Shown: positions 1 through 9,501, numbered from the stretch's first letter. The stretch: DNA of 64,000 bases from Bdellovibrionales bacterium (GCA_040380025.1 JBEIJY010000001.1:125307-189306), one strand, 5' to 3'. The notes: a model not told the origin generated them from the letters alone. Made by a program: numbers and translations.

Positions 1-109
1 CTTATGGTTTTCTTCAAAAGGCGTTTTACCGAACGAACAGCATACTGTTCGATCTCTTTCAGCGGGACCGGTTTTGATCGCATGGATTCCATGCTAACAA
101 AGACCCATC

Positions 110-970
110 ATGCCCTACAACGAAGAAGCCACCCTCCGCGCGTTTTCTGAAGTCCTCCGAACCGTAGCCCGCCTGAGGGGCCCCGGGGGATGCCCCTGGG
201 ACCGCGAGCAAACCCACCATTCGTTACGGAAGTTCCTGATCGAAGAGACCTACGAGGTCACCGATGTGCTCGACCGGATCGACGATCCAGCGCGCCTCAA
301 TGAGCCAAATTTACACTTTGCGTTTCGCGAGGAATGGGGAGACCTGCTCCTTCAGATCTTGCTCCATGCCGAGATCGCGACCGAGACGAATCCCGAGCTC
401 GGGTTCGAGGCGATCGCAAAAACCCTGAACGAGAAGCTGATCCGCCGGCACCCGCATGTGTTCGGCGAGACGACCGTGAGCGGAACCGATGAAGTGCTCC
501 GGAACTGGGATGAGCTGAAGAAAAAAGAGAAGAAGGATCCGACAGACGGAAGTCTTTTTGACTCGATTCCGAAGAGCATGCCTCCCCTGCCCCGGACCGA
601 GAAGATCATCGCAAAGGTCACCAAAGCGGGATTCCAGTGGCCGGACCTGAAGGGACCGCTCGCGAAGCTCGAGGAGGAAGTCTCGGAGCTCCGGTCCGCC
701 CTCGAGAACGCGGACCTCTCGGACCGCGAGACGCGGGCGAAGGTCGAATCCGAGATCGGCGACGTGCTGTTTTCGGTCGCGAACGTGGCGTTTTTATCAA
801 AAATCAATCCGGATGAGGCCCTTCGCTCGACCCTGAACAAGTTCGAATCGAGATTCCGTCACGTCGAGAACCGCCTTCGGGAATCGGGAAAGACCCCCGA
901 GTCATCGAATCTCGAAGAAATGGACCGCCACTGGGACGAAGCAAAACGCCTCGAGCGGGGGCAGAAATGA
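110..970 (+). CDS. mazG: Nucleoside triphosphate pyrophosphohydrolase MazG
   Basis: LRGPGGCPWDREQT, EETYE, EEWGDLL, KLIRRHPHVF and second-domain EIGDVLF motifs. Confidence 0.95.
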   Translation: MPYNEEATLRAFSEVLRTVARLRGPGGCPWDREQTHHSLRKFLIEETYEVTDVLDRIDDPARLNEPNLHFAFREEWGDLLLQILLHAEIATETNPELGFEAIAKTLNEKLIRRHPHVFGETTVSGTDEVLRNWDELKKKEKKDPTDGSLFDSIPKSMPPLPRTEKIIAKVTKAGFQWPDLKGPLAKLEEEVSELRSALENADLSDRETRAKVESEIGDVLFSVANVAFLSKINPDEALRSTLNKFESRFRHVENRLRESGKTPESSNLEEMDRHWDEAKRLERGQK

Positions 971-1548
971 AAAAAATCGGCCTGACCGGCGGCATCGGCA
1001 CGGGGAAGTCGACCGTGGCGCGGTTATTCCACGAAATCGCAGGAGTGCCGGTGATGGATGCGGATGCGATGGCCCGCGCCCTTCGCGCTCCGGGAGGAGA
1101 AGCCTCGGCGCCGATTCTGAAGCGCTTCGGAACACTGGATCCTTCGGCCCTCAGGGCGCTTCTTGCCTCGGATTCGAAAGCGAAGGCGGATCTGGAGGGA
1201 ATTCTGCACCCCTTGATTCGCGAGAAAACCGCGCAGGAATTCGCCCGGATCGGGCGGGAAAATCCGAATGCGCCTTTTTTGGTTTATGAGGCAAGCCTGC
1301 TGATCGAAGCGGGACGCGCGCAGGATTTTGATGCCGTAATCGTGGTGACGGCGGCTCTGCCCGATCGCCTTGCGCGAATCATGAACCGCGACGGCTCCTC
1401 GAAAGAAGCGGCCCTTGCCCTGATTGGGGCGCAATCGAGCGATGAATTCCGGCTCAAACACGCGGACTACCACATTCAGAATCTCGGAAGCCTCGAGGAT
1501 CTCAGGCTTCAGGTGGCGAAAACAGTGGATCAAATCCGGCAGTCATGA
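967..1548 (+). CDS. coaE: Dephospho-CoA kinase
   Basis: IGLTGGIGTGKST P-loop, DAD, LEGILHPLI; ATGA overlap with mazG. Confidence 0.93.
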   Translation: MKKIGLTGGIGTGKSTVARLFHEIAGVPVMDADAMARALRAPGGEASAPILKRFGTLDPSALRALLASDSKAKADLEGILHPLIREKTAQEFARIGRENPNAPFLVYEASLLIEAGRAQDFDAVIVVTAALPDRLARIMNRDGSSKEAALALIGAQSSDEFRLKHADYHIQNLGSLEDLRLQVAKTVDQIRQS

Positions 1549-1562
1549 TACCCCCTTAGCCC

Positions 1563-1709
1563 ATGGCAACCAGACTTCGTGTGAAAAGACAAAAGCAAAT
1601 CCGCGACCGCGCTTCCGAACACCGGCAAAGCCCGTCCCTCCGTCCCCACAAAATCGATCAGGCGCGTTCCGCCAAGATGAAGAAGCGCAAGCTGAACCGC
1701 GCCCGCTGA
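1563..1709 (+). CDS. Small highly basic protein, 48 aa (absent from the ORF track)
   Basis: ATG 1563 to TGA 1707-1709, MATRLRVKRQKQIRDRASEHRQSPSLRPHKIDQARSAKMKKRKLNRAR; fills the coaE-ppx gap with 14-nt and 6-nt spacers. Confidence 0.6.
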   Translation: MATRLRVKRQKQIRDRASEHRQSPSLRPHKIDQARSAKMKKRKLNRAR

Positions 1710-1715
1710 TTCCGG

Positions 1716-3305
1716 ATGCGGATCGCGATCGTCGATCTCGGTACGAATTCCATCCGTTTTGATGTTCATGAGGTCTTTGCGAACCGCAAAGGTGTCATTC
1801 AGCATCGTCGTCTTTACCGTGAGAAAATCATGGTTCGCCTCGGGCAGAACCTGTTCTTGAACGGGAGCCTGAGCGCAGAAAGCAAACGCCGCACCCTTGA
1901 GGCAATCCGGTCCTTCAAACAGACCATGGAGGCGCTCTCGGTGCACAAGACCGTGGCCTTCGGGACTGCGGCCGTCCGCGATGCCTCGGACGGCGAAGCG
2001 TTCCTGAGAGAAGTCCGACAAAAGACCGGCGTTCAAATCGAGATGATCACCGGGGCCGAAGAAGCGGCTCTGATTGCGAAGGGGATCCTGAACAACGAGA
2101 CCCGATCGCCGAAGGGCATTTTTGCCTTGGTGGACATCGGTGGCGGAAGCACCGAGATCATCGTCTGCAAGGGAAAACAAATCCTCCACTCCCACAGCTT
2201 CAACCTGGGGGTCGCAAAACTTCAGCAGGTGTTTTTGAAGACCCAGCCGCCCGTGCGCGAGAAGGATCATCCGCAGGATCCGGTGACGGAGCTTCGGAAT
2301 TTCATCAAGAGCGTGATTCTCCCCCACATTCTGATCGATCACTGGCCCAAGGTGCCGACCATTCTGGGCTCCTCTGGCAGCATCCTTGCGCTCGCACGGC
2401 TGGTGAACCAGGACAAGGAGCTCGGAGAAAAGCCATTCGAACGGAAGAACCTGAGCCGAATGGTCCAAGAGATCAAGACCAAGACCACGGCCGAGCTTCT
2501 TTCGATGAAGGGCATGGATCCGAAGCGTGTTGACTTGATTCTGGCGGGCGGGATCCTTCTGGACGAGATCGCCCAGCTCCTCGGCACCAAAGAGATTCGC
2601 ACGACTCCCTTTGCCCTTCGCGATGGCATTCTGGAAGACGAGCTGGCCCGGTTTGCCGGGCGCATGGACCGGACGGCGCAGTTCTCGATTTCAGAGATCG
2701 AGCAGCGGGTCCGCGCCTGGGGTGTGGACCTCGGGCACGCCAAAAAAGTAGCCCTGCATGCGGAGTTCCTGTTTGACCACCTGAAGCCCGTTCACAAGCT
2801 GAAGCCCGAATGGCGGCCGTACCTTTCGGCCGCGGCCCTTTTGCACGATGTCGGCGAGACGATCAGCCACGCCCATCATGCGGAGCACTCGGAATACATG
2901 GTGAGGAATGCGAATTTCATCGGCATGCATGCCTGGGAGGCGAACTTCATCGCAGGCCTGTGCCGGCTCCATAAAGAAGAAAAACTGCTCGAGAAGAAGA
3001 GCGACAAGAAGATCCCGTTTCCGAAACGGGATGAGCTTCGCACGCCTTTTTTGGGGCTTTTGTCTCTTCTTCAGATCGCCGATTCGTGCGACCGGACCCA
3101 CAAGGGCTCGCTCCGGATCCTGCGGGCGAAAGTCTCCGCCCGGCGGGTGGACCTCGACTTCACCTCGAAAGGCCCCTCGGATCTGGAACTGTTGCGATTT
3201 GATCAAAAGAAGGCTCTTTTCGAGCACCTCTTCGGGCGCGAGATCCATCTTGCGCGACGGAAAGAAAACAAAAAAGCCCGCGCAGTGACTGCGCGGGCTT
3301 CTTGA
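1716..3305 (+). CDS. ppx: Ppx/GppA family exopolyphosphatase / pppGpp phosphohydrolase with C-terminal HD domain
   Basis: AIVDLGTNSIR, TAAVRDA, DIGGGSTE, LRDG, LLHDVG. Confidence 0.92.
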   Translation: MRIAIVDLGTNSIRFDVHEVFANRKGVIQHRRLYREKIMVRLGQNLFLNGSLSAESKRRTLEAIRSFKQTMEALSVHKTVAFGTAAVRDASDGEAFLREVRQKTGVQIEMITGAEEAALIAKGILNNETRSPKGIFALVDIGGGSTEIIVCKGKQILHSHSFNLGVAKLQQVFLKTQPPVREKDHPQDPVTELRNFIKSVILPHILIDHWPKVPTILGSSGSILALARLVNQDKELGEKPFERKNLSRMVQEIKTKTTAELLSMKGMDPKRVDLILAGGILLDEIAQLLGTKEIRTTPFALRDGILEDELARFAGRMDRTAQFSISEIEQRVRAWGVDLGHAKKVALHAEFLFDHLKPVHKLKPEWRPYLSAAALLHDVGETISHAHHAEHSEYMVRNANFIGMHAWEANFIAGLCRLHKEEKLLEKKSDKKIPFPKRDELRTPFLGLLSLLQIADSCDRTHKGSLRILRAKVSARRVDLDFTSKGPSDLELLRFDQKKALFEHLFGREIHLARRKENKKARAVTARAS

Positions 3306-3312
3306 AAGATGG

Positions 3313-3393
3313 TACAGATGAGCTGGGAAAAACAAGCTTCGTTGGGATTGGGGGAGGGGAGGATGAACACTCGCCATTCCCAGATCATCTGTA
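3313..3393. repeat. Inverted repeat (17-bp arms, 1 mismatch) directly after ppx
   Basis: TACAGATGAGCTGGGAA (3313-3329) / TTCCCAGATCATCTGTA (3377-3393); a second hairpin TGCGGTAC-CGGA-GTGCCGCA lies at 3402-3421. Confidence 0.7.
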
Positions 3394-3518
3394 ACTTTGC
3401 TTGCGGTACCGGAGTGCCGCAGAACTTTGGTATGAACGCAATCTGCCAGAATTCAGGCTTCAGTGATAATTATTGTTTTTGATTGCGCAAATTCAAATTC
3501 CCTAATCAATTGAAAAAG

Positions 3519-4859
3519 ATGACAAAACCAGAGCAACTAAAAAAAACCCCCGGATATTGGCCGATTCTGATCACGAGCGCGACCAGCTACCTCGGACAAT
3601 CCTTCATGCAGGTGGTGGACCTGTTTTTTTGCCGCGACCTCGGAAGCACGGCCTCCGCCACAGTGGGCACCTCCTCGACCTTCTTTGCGTGGTTCATGAT
3701 CCTCGGAACTGCGATCTCATCGAGCCTGGAGTACCTGATCCCGCACGCGCTCGGTGCGAAAGAAGAGAAAAAGGCGGGGGAGTATTTCTTCTCGGGAACA
3801 GCGCTGGTCCTCGGAATCAGCCTAATCAGCATGGCGGGGATGGTTCTTCTTGCCCGCATGGGATCGCTCTACGGCATGAACCCAGAAATCGCGACCTCGG
3901 TCGAGGGATTCAGTTCGATTCTGGCACTGAGCTTGTTTCCGACATTCATGATCCCCCTCGTTCGGATCGAGCTGCAGTCCCGAGGATTTCCGAATGACAC
4001 TCTGTATGCGTTTCTGATCGGAAACGTGTTGAATGCATTTTTGAACTGGTCGCTCATTTACGGCCATGCGGGCTTTCCCGCTCTCGGCGTGAACGGCTCG
4101 GCCTGGTCGACCGCCCTCTCGCGGACCGGGATTCTTTTGTTTCTTTTGTACCGGCTCTTCGCCTCGCAAAAACGATCCCACCCCTTCCCTCCCCTTCACG
4201 AGGTTCGCTGGAAGCTCAGGATCAAGACGATTCTTCGCATGGGTCTGCCCTCGGCGTTTCACCTGTTGTTCGAGATCGGGGCCTTCATTCTGGTCAGCCT
4301 TCTTGCCTCAAGACTCAGCACCGCCGAAACCGCGGCCCACGCGATCGCGATCACGATCGCGAGCTTGATCTTCATGCTTCCGGCCGGAATGAGTTCGGCC
4401 GCGGCCCTGACCATGGGCCGGAAGATGGGCGAGAATCTTCCGCGTGAGGGTACCGCCCTTGGTGACCGCACCCTGCTCGTGGGATTCGGCTACGCGACCC
4501 TGAGCTCGGCAATGTTGCTGTTTTTCAGGCATGAGCTGATCGGATTTTTCACGAATGATCCGGGGGCGGCGTCGGTCACGACCTCGCTCCTTTTCATCAC
4601 GGCGATTTTTCAGTTCGGCGATGTGTTCCAGGCGATCCTCTCGGGGTGCATCCGGGGCTTCGGCGAAACCACCATGCAAGCCAAGGCGAACGGGATCGGT
4701 CACTGGTTTTTTGGAATTCCAGCGGGACTTTATTTTTGTTTTTATCGAAACCTCGGGGTTCAAGGGCTCTGGGGCGGGCTCTGCATCGGGCTTTTTGTCG
4801 TCGCCCTGATTCTGGCAGTCCGTTACCGGAATCTTACGCGTCCGCACCGCGGGATTTGA
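3519..4859 (+). CDS. MATE family efflux transporter (NorM-like)
   Basis: About 12 hydrophobic segments, LGVNGSAWST, MGLP, GCIRGFG, LGVQGLWGG; ATG 3519 preferred over TTG 3483. Confidence 0.88.
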   Translation: MTKPEQLKKTPGYWPILITSATSYLGQSFMQVVDLFFCRDLGSTASATVGTSSTFFAWFMILGTAISSSLEYLIPHALGAKEEKKAGEYFFSGTALVLGISLISMAGMVLLARMGSLYGMNPEIATSVEGFSSILALSLFPTFMIPLVRIELQSRGFPNDTLYAFLIGNVLNAFLNWSLIYGHAGFPALGVNGSAWSTALSRTGILLFLLYRLFASQKRSHPFPPLHEVRWKLRIKTILRMGLPSAFHLLFEIGAFILVSLLASRLSTAETAAHAIAITIASLIFMLPAGMSSAAALTMGRKMGENLPREGTALGDRTLLVGFGYATLSSAMLLFFRHELIGFFTNDPGAASVTTSLLFITAIFQFGDVFQAILSGCIRGFGETTMQAKANGIGHWFFGIPAGLYFCFYRNLGVQGLWGGLCIGLFVVALILAVRYRNLTRPHRGI

Positions 4860-5940
4860 GCTCATCGGGAAGAAGCCGCAGGGAATTGCTCCTGAGAATC
4901 TCGAACCCGTCCTGCGAAAACACCATCGGGACCAGCGCAAGCGGCATTCCCGGATGAGCGCGCCTTACCTGCTCTGCGGCGCTTTGGCACCGGTCGGCAC
5001 GGGCGTTGCCGTGATCCCGCAGGAGTTCGACTTTGGCTCGAAGCCCGGAATCCAAGGACTCGAGCTCGGGCCAGGGGCCTCCCTCGGCTTCTTCGATTTG
5101 GTTCAGAACAATGGCCTGAAGCGCAATTCCCTTTTGCTCCAGGAATCCGGCAAGGCCCTCGAGCTCCAAAAGGGGCGTGGATTCGGTCGTTCCCACCGCA
5201 ATCACCCCCACGGAGCGATCGGCAAAAAATGCGGCAAGCTTCCCGCAGCGATCGAGGATCCGGTCACGAAGCGAGACGAACGTCTCGAAAAAGAGCGTGC
5301 TCTCGCGGAAGAGCGGAGCACCCAGGAGCTTCTCGACCCAAGCAAAGGACAATACGGTTTTGAACCAGGCGTTTTTTTTGGGAAGAAAAATCTGGAACAC
5401 ACGGCTCTCCATGAGATTCCGGATCTTGTCGGGTGCATTGAAAAACTCCTTGGCATGAAATGCCGGAGGAGTATCGAGCACGATCAGATCATAGCGGTCC
5501 TCGGTGAGCATGCGGGTGACCCACTCATAGGCCGTGTACTCCTGAAGCCCGTGGATCATCTGGGTCATCTCGCGATACAAAACCGTGCTTCGAAGCGATT
5601 GAGCGGTCGAGGGACTCAGGGTTTGATCGATGATCTGATCGATCACATACTTCGGGTTCAGGATCGCAACCGAGAGATTCGCGCTTGCGGGAAGCCCGAG
5701 CGATTCCTTCACCCGGGAAGAAAGCACAATCGGCTCGCCGCCTTCTTGCAAAAGCGCATCGGTGTACCCGAAGGCCTGAAGGAGCCTGCGTGCGGGATCG
5801 ATCGTGAGCACCAGTACCCGCGGCCGGATTCGCGCGGCCGCGATCGCAAGACTTGCCGAGATGGTGGTTTTTCCCACCCCACCGCCGCCGCACACCATGA
5901 TGCATCGCTTTTCTGCGAGAAGATCCCGAAGATTCATCAC
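4834..5940 (-). CDS. ArsA/Get3-like ATPase, second gene of a tandem pair
   Basis: CGGGGVGKTT, LTIDPARRL, GLQEY, YDLIVLDTPP, LNQ. Confidence 0.85.
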   Translation of the reverse strand: MMNLRDLLAEKRCIMVCGGGGVGKTTISASLAIAAARIRPRVLVLTIDPARRLLQAFGYTDALLQEGGEPIVLSSRVKESLGLPASANLSVAILNPKYVIDQIIDQTLSPSTAQSLRSTVLYREMTQMIHGLQEYTAYEWVTRMLTEDRYDLIVLDTPPAFHAKEFFNAPDKIRNLMESRVFQIFLPKKNAWFKTVLSFAWVEKLLGAPLFRESTLFFETFVSLRDRILDRCGKLAAFFADRSVGVIAVGTTESTPLLELEGLAGFLEQKGIALQAIVLNQIEEAEGGPWPELESLDSGLRAKVELLRDHGNARADRCQSAAEQVRRAHPGMPLALVPMVFSQDGFEILRSNSLRLLPDELKSRGADA

Positions 5941-6857
5941 GCAGTGCGGATCCGATATGCGAGGTCGGGCTCCTCGCGGGGATTGAATACCTCGGGCGCA
6001 ACCCAGAGTCCGAGGTTCCGTCCGTCGCTTGCCGGGAGTTCGCTTGCGAGACGGTTTTTGGCTTCGCGAAACCTGCGAATCCGCTCGAGCTCGACCATGA
6101 GCTTTCGCGTTTTGCTCTTTTGGCTCAACGCTTCGAGTACCTTTTCTTCGGCCTCGGTGAACGGGTTGAAAGGCGCACGATTCAGAATAAAACCGCCGAT
6201 CGGGAGCGACTCCCGGACCAGCAGGGATTTGAGTTCGATCGCCTCGCTCACGGGAAGCTCCTGGGGAAGTGTGGCGATGAACACCGCCGCACGATCGGGA
6301 TCGAGCAAGTATCGCTGCCCCTCTTTCATGCGCTCGGCGATCGGCCCGAAGGGAATCATTTTGAGCAAAAGCGCGGGAAGTCGTGCCAGGCCCAAAAAAT
6401 GTCCGGTGGCGGGGAGATCAAGAATGATGCAGTCATAGTCGGCGCGCATCTGGAGCAGGAGATGATAAAAAAAACCCATCTCGCGGAACGAAGGCGCTCC
6501 CTCGAGAAACCACTTCACGCCTTGATGACCAAGAACCATCTGCGAAAGGGTTCCGAGCTTCAGGAACGAAGTCAGAAACCGCTCCTGCCCGACCTTGGCC
6601 GAGAGGCACAACCCGTGAAGATTCGCGTCGAGGGGCTCGGGTTCGATCTTGAAGTGGCGGAGACCGAAGTTCCCCGCCAAGGCGGAATCCCAGCCGGAAT
6701 CGTCTTCGATTTCGATCAGAAGAGTCTTTTTTCCTTCTTTCGCGGCGGCTTTGGCGATCGAGGCCGAAAGCGTGGTCCGCCCCGTGCCGCCTTTTCCCGA
6801 GATGAGGTTGATCCGTTTCAGGCTGGCGAGAATCGTGTTGGTAGCGTCGATGCCCAT
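5937..6857 (-). CDS. ArsA/Get3-like ATPase, first gene of a tandem pair
   Basis: SGKGGTGRTT, APSFRE, ILDLPATGH, LPQELPVSE, ILNR; start moved to ATG 6857 so it does not overlap the divergent nadA. Confidence 0.83.
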   Translation of the reverse strand: MGIDATNTILASLKRINLISGKGGTGRTTLSASIAKAAAKEGKKTLLIEIEDDSGWDSALAGNFGLRHFKIEPEPLDANLHGLCLSAKVGQERFLTSFLKLGTLSQMVLGHQGVKWFLEGAPSFREMGFFYHLLLQMRADYDCIILDLPATGHFLGLARLPALLLKMIPFGPIAERMKEGQRYLLDPDRAAVFIATLPQELPVSEAIELKSLLVRESLPIGGFILNRAPFNPFTEAEEKVLEALSQKSKTRKLMVELERIRRFREAKNRLASELPASDGRNLGLWVAPEVFNPREEPDLAYRIRTA

Positions 6858-6930
6858 GCTGGCGCCCCTCCCATTCCGTCCACGGTAGCGACCGCTTGAC
6901 GGACTTGCAACCCTGAAATACCAAAAAGGG

Positions 6931-7851
6931 ATGGATCTTTTTGAGAAAATCGCCCGTTTGAAGCGCGAAAAAAACGCGGTCATCCTTGCCCACTACTACC
7001 AGGATCCGGACATCCAGGACGTGGCGGACTTCATCGGAGACAGCCTCGAGCTCGCCCGAGCCGCGGAGCGGTCTACGGCGGATTTGATTTGCTTTGCGGG
7101 CGTGCATTTCATGGCCGAGGGCGCGAAGATTCTGAACCCAGGGCGGAAGGTCGTGCTTCCGGATTTGAGAGCCGGGTGTTCGCTCTCGGATTCCTGCCCG
7201 CCCGCGCGGCTCCGGGAGTTCAAAGAAAAAAACCCCGATCACTTCGTGGTGAGCTACATCAACTGCTCGGCCGAGATCAAGGCCTTGAGTGATGTGATTT
7301 GCACCTCCTCGAATGCCTTGCGGATTGTGGAGCGCGCTCCGAAGGATCGACCGATCCTGTTCGCACCGGACCGGAACCTAGGTGCGTGGGTCATGAAGCA
7401 AACCGGTCGCGAGATGACGCTCTGGCAAGGAAGCTGCATTGTGCATGAGACGTTTTCGGAGCGGAAGATCATTGATTTGAAAACCGCGCATCCGGCGGCG
7501 AAGCTGATCGCCCACCCCGAGTGCGAGGCGAGCCTGTTGAAGTCGGCGGATTTCATCGGGAGCACGAGCCAGCTGTTGAAGTATGTCTGCGACAGCCCCG
7601 AGCGCGAGTTCATCGTCGCGACCGAAGCGGGAATCCTGCACCAGATGGGCAAGCGCGCGCCAGGGAAGATTCTGATTCCCGCTCCGCCGAACCAGAACTG
7701 CGCGTGCAACGAGTGCCCCTTCATGAAGCTGAACACGCTCGAGAAAATCGCCTCGTGCCTCGAGAACGAGACCCCCGAGATCGAGGTTCGGGTCGAGGTG
7801 CAAGAGAAGGCGCGACAGGCGCTCGCGCGAATGCTCGAGTGGTCGGTTTAA
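6931..7851 (+). CDS. nadA: Quinolinate synthase
   Basis: [52 protein letters not shown]. Confidence 0.96.
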   Translation: MDLFEKIARLKREKNAVILAHYYQDPDIQDVADFIGDSLELARAAERSTADLICFAGVHFMAEGAKILNPGRKVVLPDLRAGCSLSDSCPPARLREFKEKNPDHFVVSYINCSAEIKALSDVICTSSNALRIVERAPKDRPILFAPDRNLGAWVMKQTGREMTLWQGSCIVHETFSERKIIDLKTAHPAAKLIAHPECEASLLKSADFIGSTSQLLKYVCDSPEREFIVATEAGILHQMGKRAPGKILIPAPPNQNCACNECPFMKLNTLEKIASCLENETPEIEVRVEVQEKARQALARMLEWSV

Positions 7852-7926
7852 GTCTGCTTGTTTTCTTCGCTTTGCTTGATTTTCATTCTTGAAGACTAGG
7901 AGGAGATCACCCCCCATTCGTGTATT

Positions 7927-8095
7927 GCCTCCGAGCCCTCTGAACGATCAATCAAGCAATCAAGGGGAAGCCCAATCATGCCTGATCCAGAAGGGGTGGT
8001 GCCAGACAGAAAAGAGGTTTGGCCGACTCTCGCGAGCCAGGATGGCGAGAGCGAGGCCGGAGGACCCGGCTCGGAGGCAAAAACGGAATCATTCC
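7927..8095. repeat. Structured palindromic repeat element, copy 1 (REP/MITE-like)
   Basis: 7927-8078 matches the reverse complement of 63849-64000 (first 77 nt identical, 10 mismatches in 152); bounded by GCCTCCGAGCC...GGCTCGGAGGC; core shared with 33324-33380. Confidence 0.9.
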
Positions 8096-8156
8096 ATCCT
8101 CTTCTGCCGCTCCCGCTCCATCTCAAAGCACAATCAAAGGGGGCAGTTCGGAAAGC

Positions 8157-8588
8157 TTACTCCCGCACCGTCTCGGCCGGACTTCCGAGGTAGTGCGCCT
8201 CGCTCGCGGTGTTGTTGTCGCGGATCACGACCCGGGTCGAAAGATCGCGGTAGGTGGAGATCTCGATCTCGGAGTTCTTGCTGGTTGCGAACACGCGAAT
8301 CAGCTGGCCCTCGTGGACCTGGAGATTCGAGATCTGGAAGGTCGAGTAGCGAGTCCGCTCGAGGCAGGGAAGGCCCTCGTGGCACTCGTTCGGAACCGGC
8401 AGGTGAACGAGGAAGTCGGTGGTGTCGATGTAGAGCGTCTGCTGGCGGGCACCGGCGGACTGGTCACGGGCCCCGGAGAGGGCATCGGGCTGGGAGAGGG
8501 AAATCTGGTAGAGCTCGGCCGATGCGGTCTGTCCGGTCAGGGTTGAGGTGATGAGGGCGGCTGCGATCAGAGCGATGATGGTTTTCAT
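8157..8588 (-). CDS. Hypothetical exported protein
   Basis: Signal peptide MKTIIALIAAALITSTLTGQTASA, AAGGA RBS, one Cys pair. Confidence 0.75.
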   Translation of the reverse strand: MKTIIALIAAALITSTLTGQTASAELYQISLSQPDALSGARDQSAGARQQTLYIDTTDFLVHLPVPNECHEGLPCLERTRYSTFQISNLQVHEGQLIRVFATSKNSEIEISTYRDLSTRVVIRDNNTASEAHYLGSPAETVRE

Positions 8589-8664
8589 GGATTCCTTGTC
8601 TCCTGGAATCCGTTGTATCGGGAACCGGCAAAAAAGATAAATTAATAGTATTTACGAATATCAA

Positions 8665-9501
8665 TCAATTTGACTGATGAGGTTCGGCCGGTGTCTCTGC
8701 TCCCGGCTTCGAGCCGTTCTCTTTGATCGTCTGCCGGATCAGATTGCGCATGATCCGGTTCCGGTTCACCTGGCCGACGAGGGATTTCGCGTCGTCGTAG
8801 AGCCCGGGATCGTTGATGAACGCGCCCATGCTGCCGCGCCCTTGGTCGATTTTCTCGAGAATCGAGTTCAGGTGGTTGACCGAGGACTTGAGCTTCATCT
8901 GGCTCATCTCCTCGTTCAGGCGGGAGGTGAGATCGGTGATGTTCTTCGAGGTCGTGGCGAGGGAGTGGAAAAACTGCTCGGCGCGGTTTCCGCGGTTGAA
9001 TGCGGTCAGGATCCGGTCGAGGTTCTCGGCGGTCGAGGTGAGCCGTTGCACGAGCTGGTCGCTCGAGGTGATGATTTGTGAAAGATCATTGCTCTTGCCC
9101 TGCGGGATCTCGCCCGAGTCCTCGATCAGAGGCTGGGCCGGATCGCCCGGATTCAGCGAGAGGTATTTGTCGCCCAATACGCCCTGGGTGACCACCTCGA
9201 TGGTCGAATCGCGACGCACGTAGGTGGCGTACTCTTTTTCGACCGAGAAGGAGACCTGCATGCCGCGGGTCGCGGGATCGAAGGAAATCTGCGTGACCGC
9301 GCCGACCTGGAGCCCGCCCAAGGTGACCTTCGCGCCGTGAACCAGTCCGTCGACCCGTTCAAAATGGGTGCGATACCGGTTCACCGAGGTGAACACGCTT
9401 TGCTTCCCGCCCAGGACGATGATCGAGATCATGGTGATCGCAAGGCCCGCCAGAACGAACAGGCCCACGCGGACTTCGACTTTTTTCTCATCAATTCTCA
9501 T
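8665..9501 (-). CDS. mlaD: MlaD/MCE family lipid-binding protein
   Basis: EVRVGLFV TM helix, GLVHGAKVTLGGLQVG, GVLGDKYLSL, helical C-terminal region. Confidence 0.9.
   Translation of the reverse strand: MRIDEKKVEVRVGLFVLAGLAITMISIIVLGGKQSVFTSVNRYRTHFERVDGLVHGAKVTLGGLQVGAVTQISFDPATRGMQVSFSVEKEYATYVRRDSTIEVVTQGVLGDKYLSLNPGDPAQPLIEDSGEIPQGKSNDLSQIITSSDQLVQRLTSTAENLDRILTAFNRGNRAEQFFHSLATTSKNITDLTSRLNEEMSQMKLKSSVNHLNSILEKIDQGRGSMGAFINDPGLYDDAKSLVGQVNRNRIMRNLIRQTIKENGSKPGAETPAEPHQSN

Noticed and set aside
4834..6857. Arsenic resistance operon
   Set aside because: No arsB/acr3/arsC/arsR nearby, and the proteins are single-domain, unlike pseudo-dimeric ArsA
7889..8551. ORFs crossing the repeat element (7889-8551, 7896-8126, 7978-8193, 8019-8546)
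   Set aside because: No transposase or other motifs; they run through a palindrome or overlap a better-supported gene
8604..8640. Possible sigma28 promoter (CCCGATAC) on the minus strand before the 8588 gene, and a similar CCCGATAG at 62022
   Set aside because: The -35 element is poor or wrongly spaced
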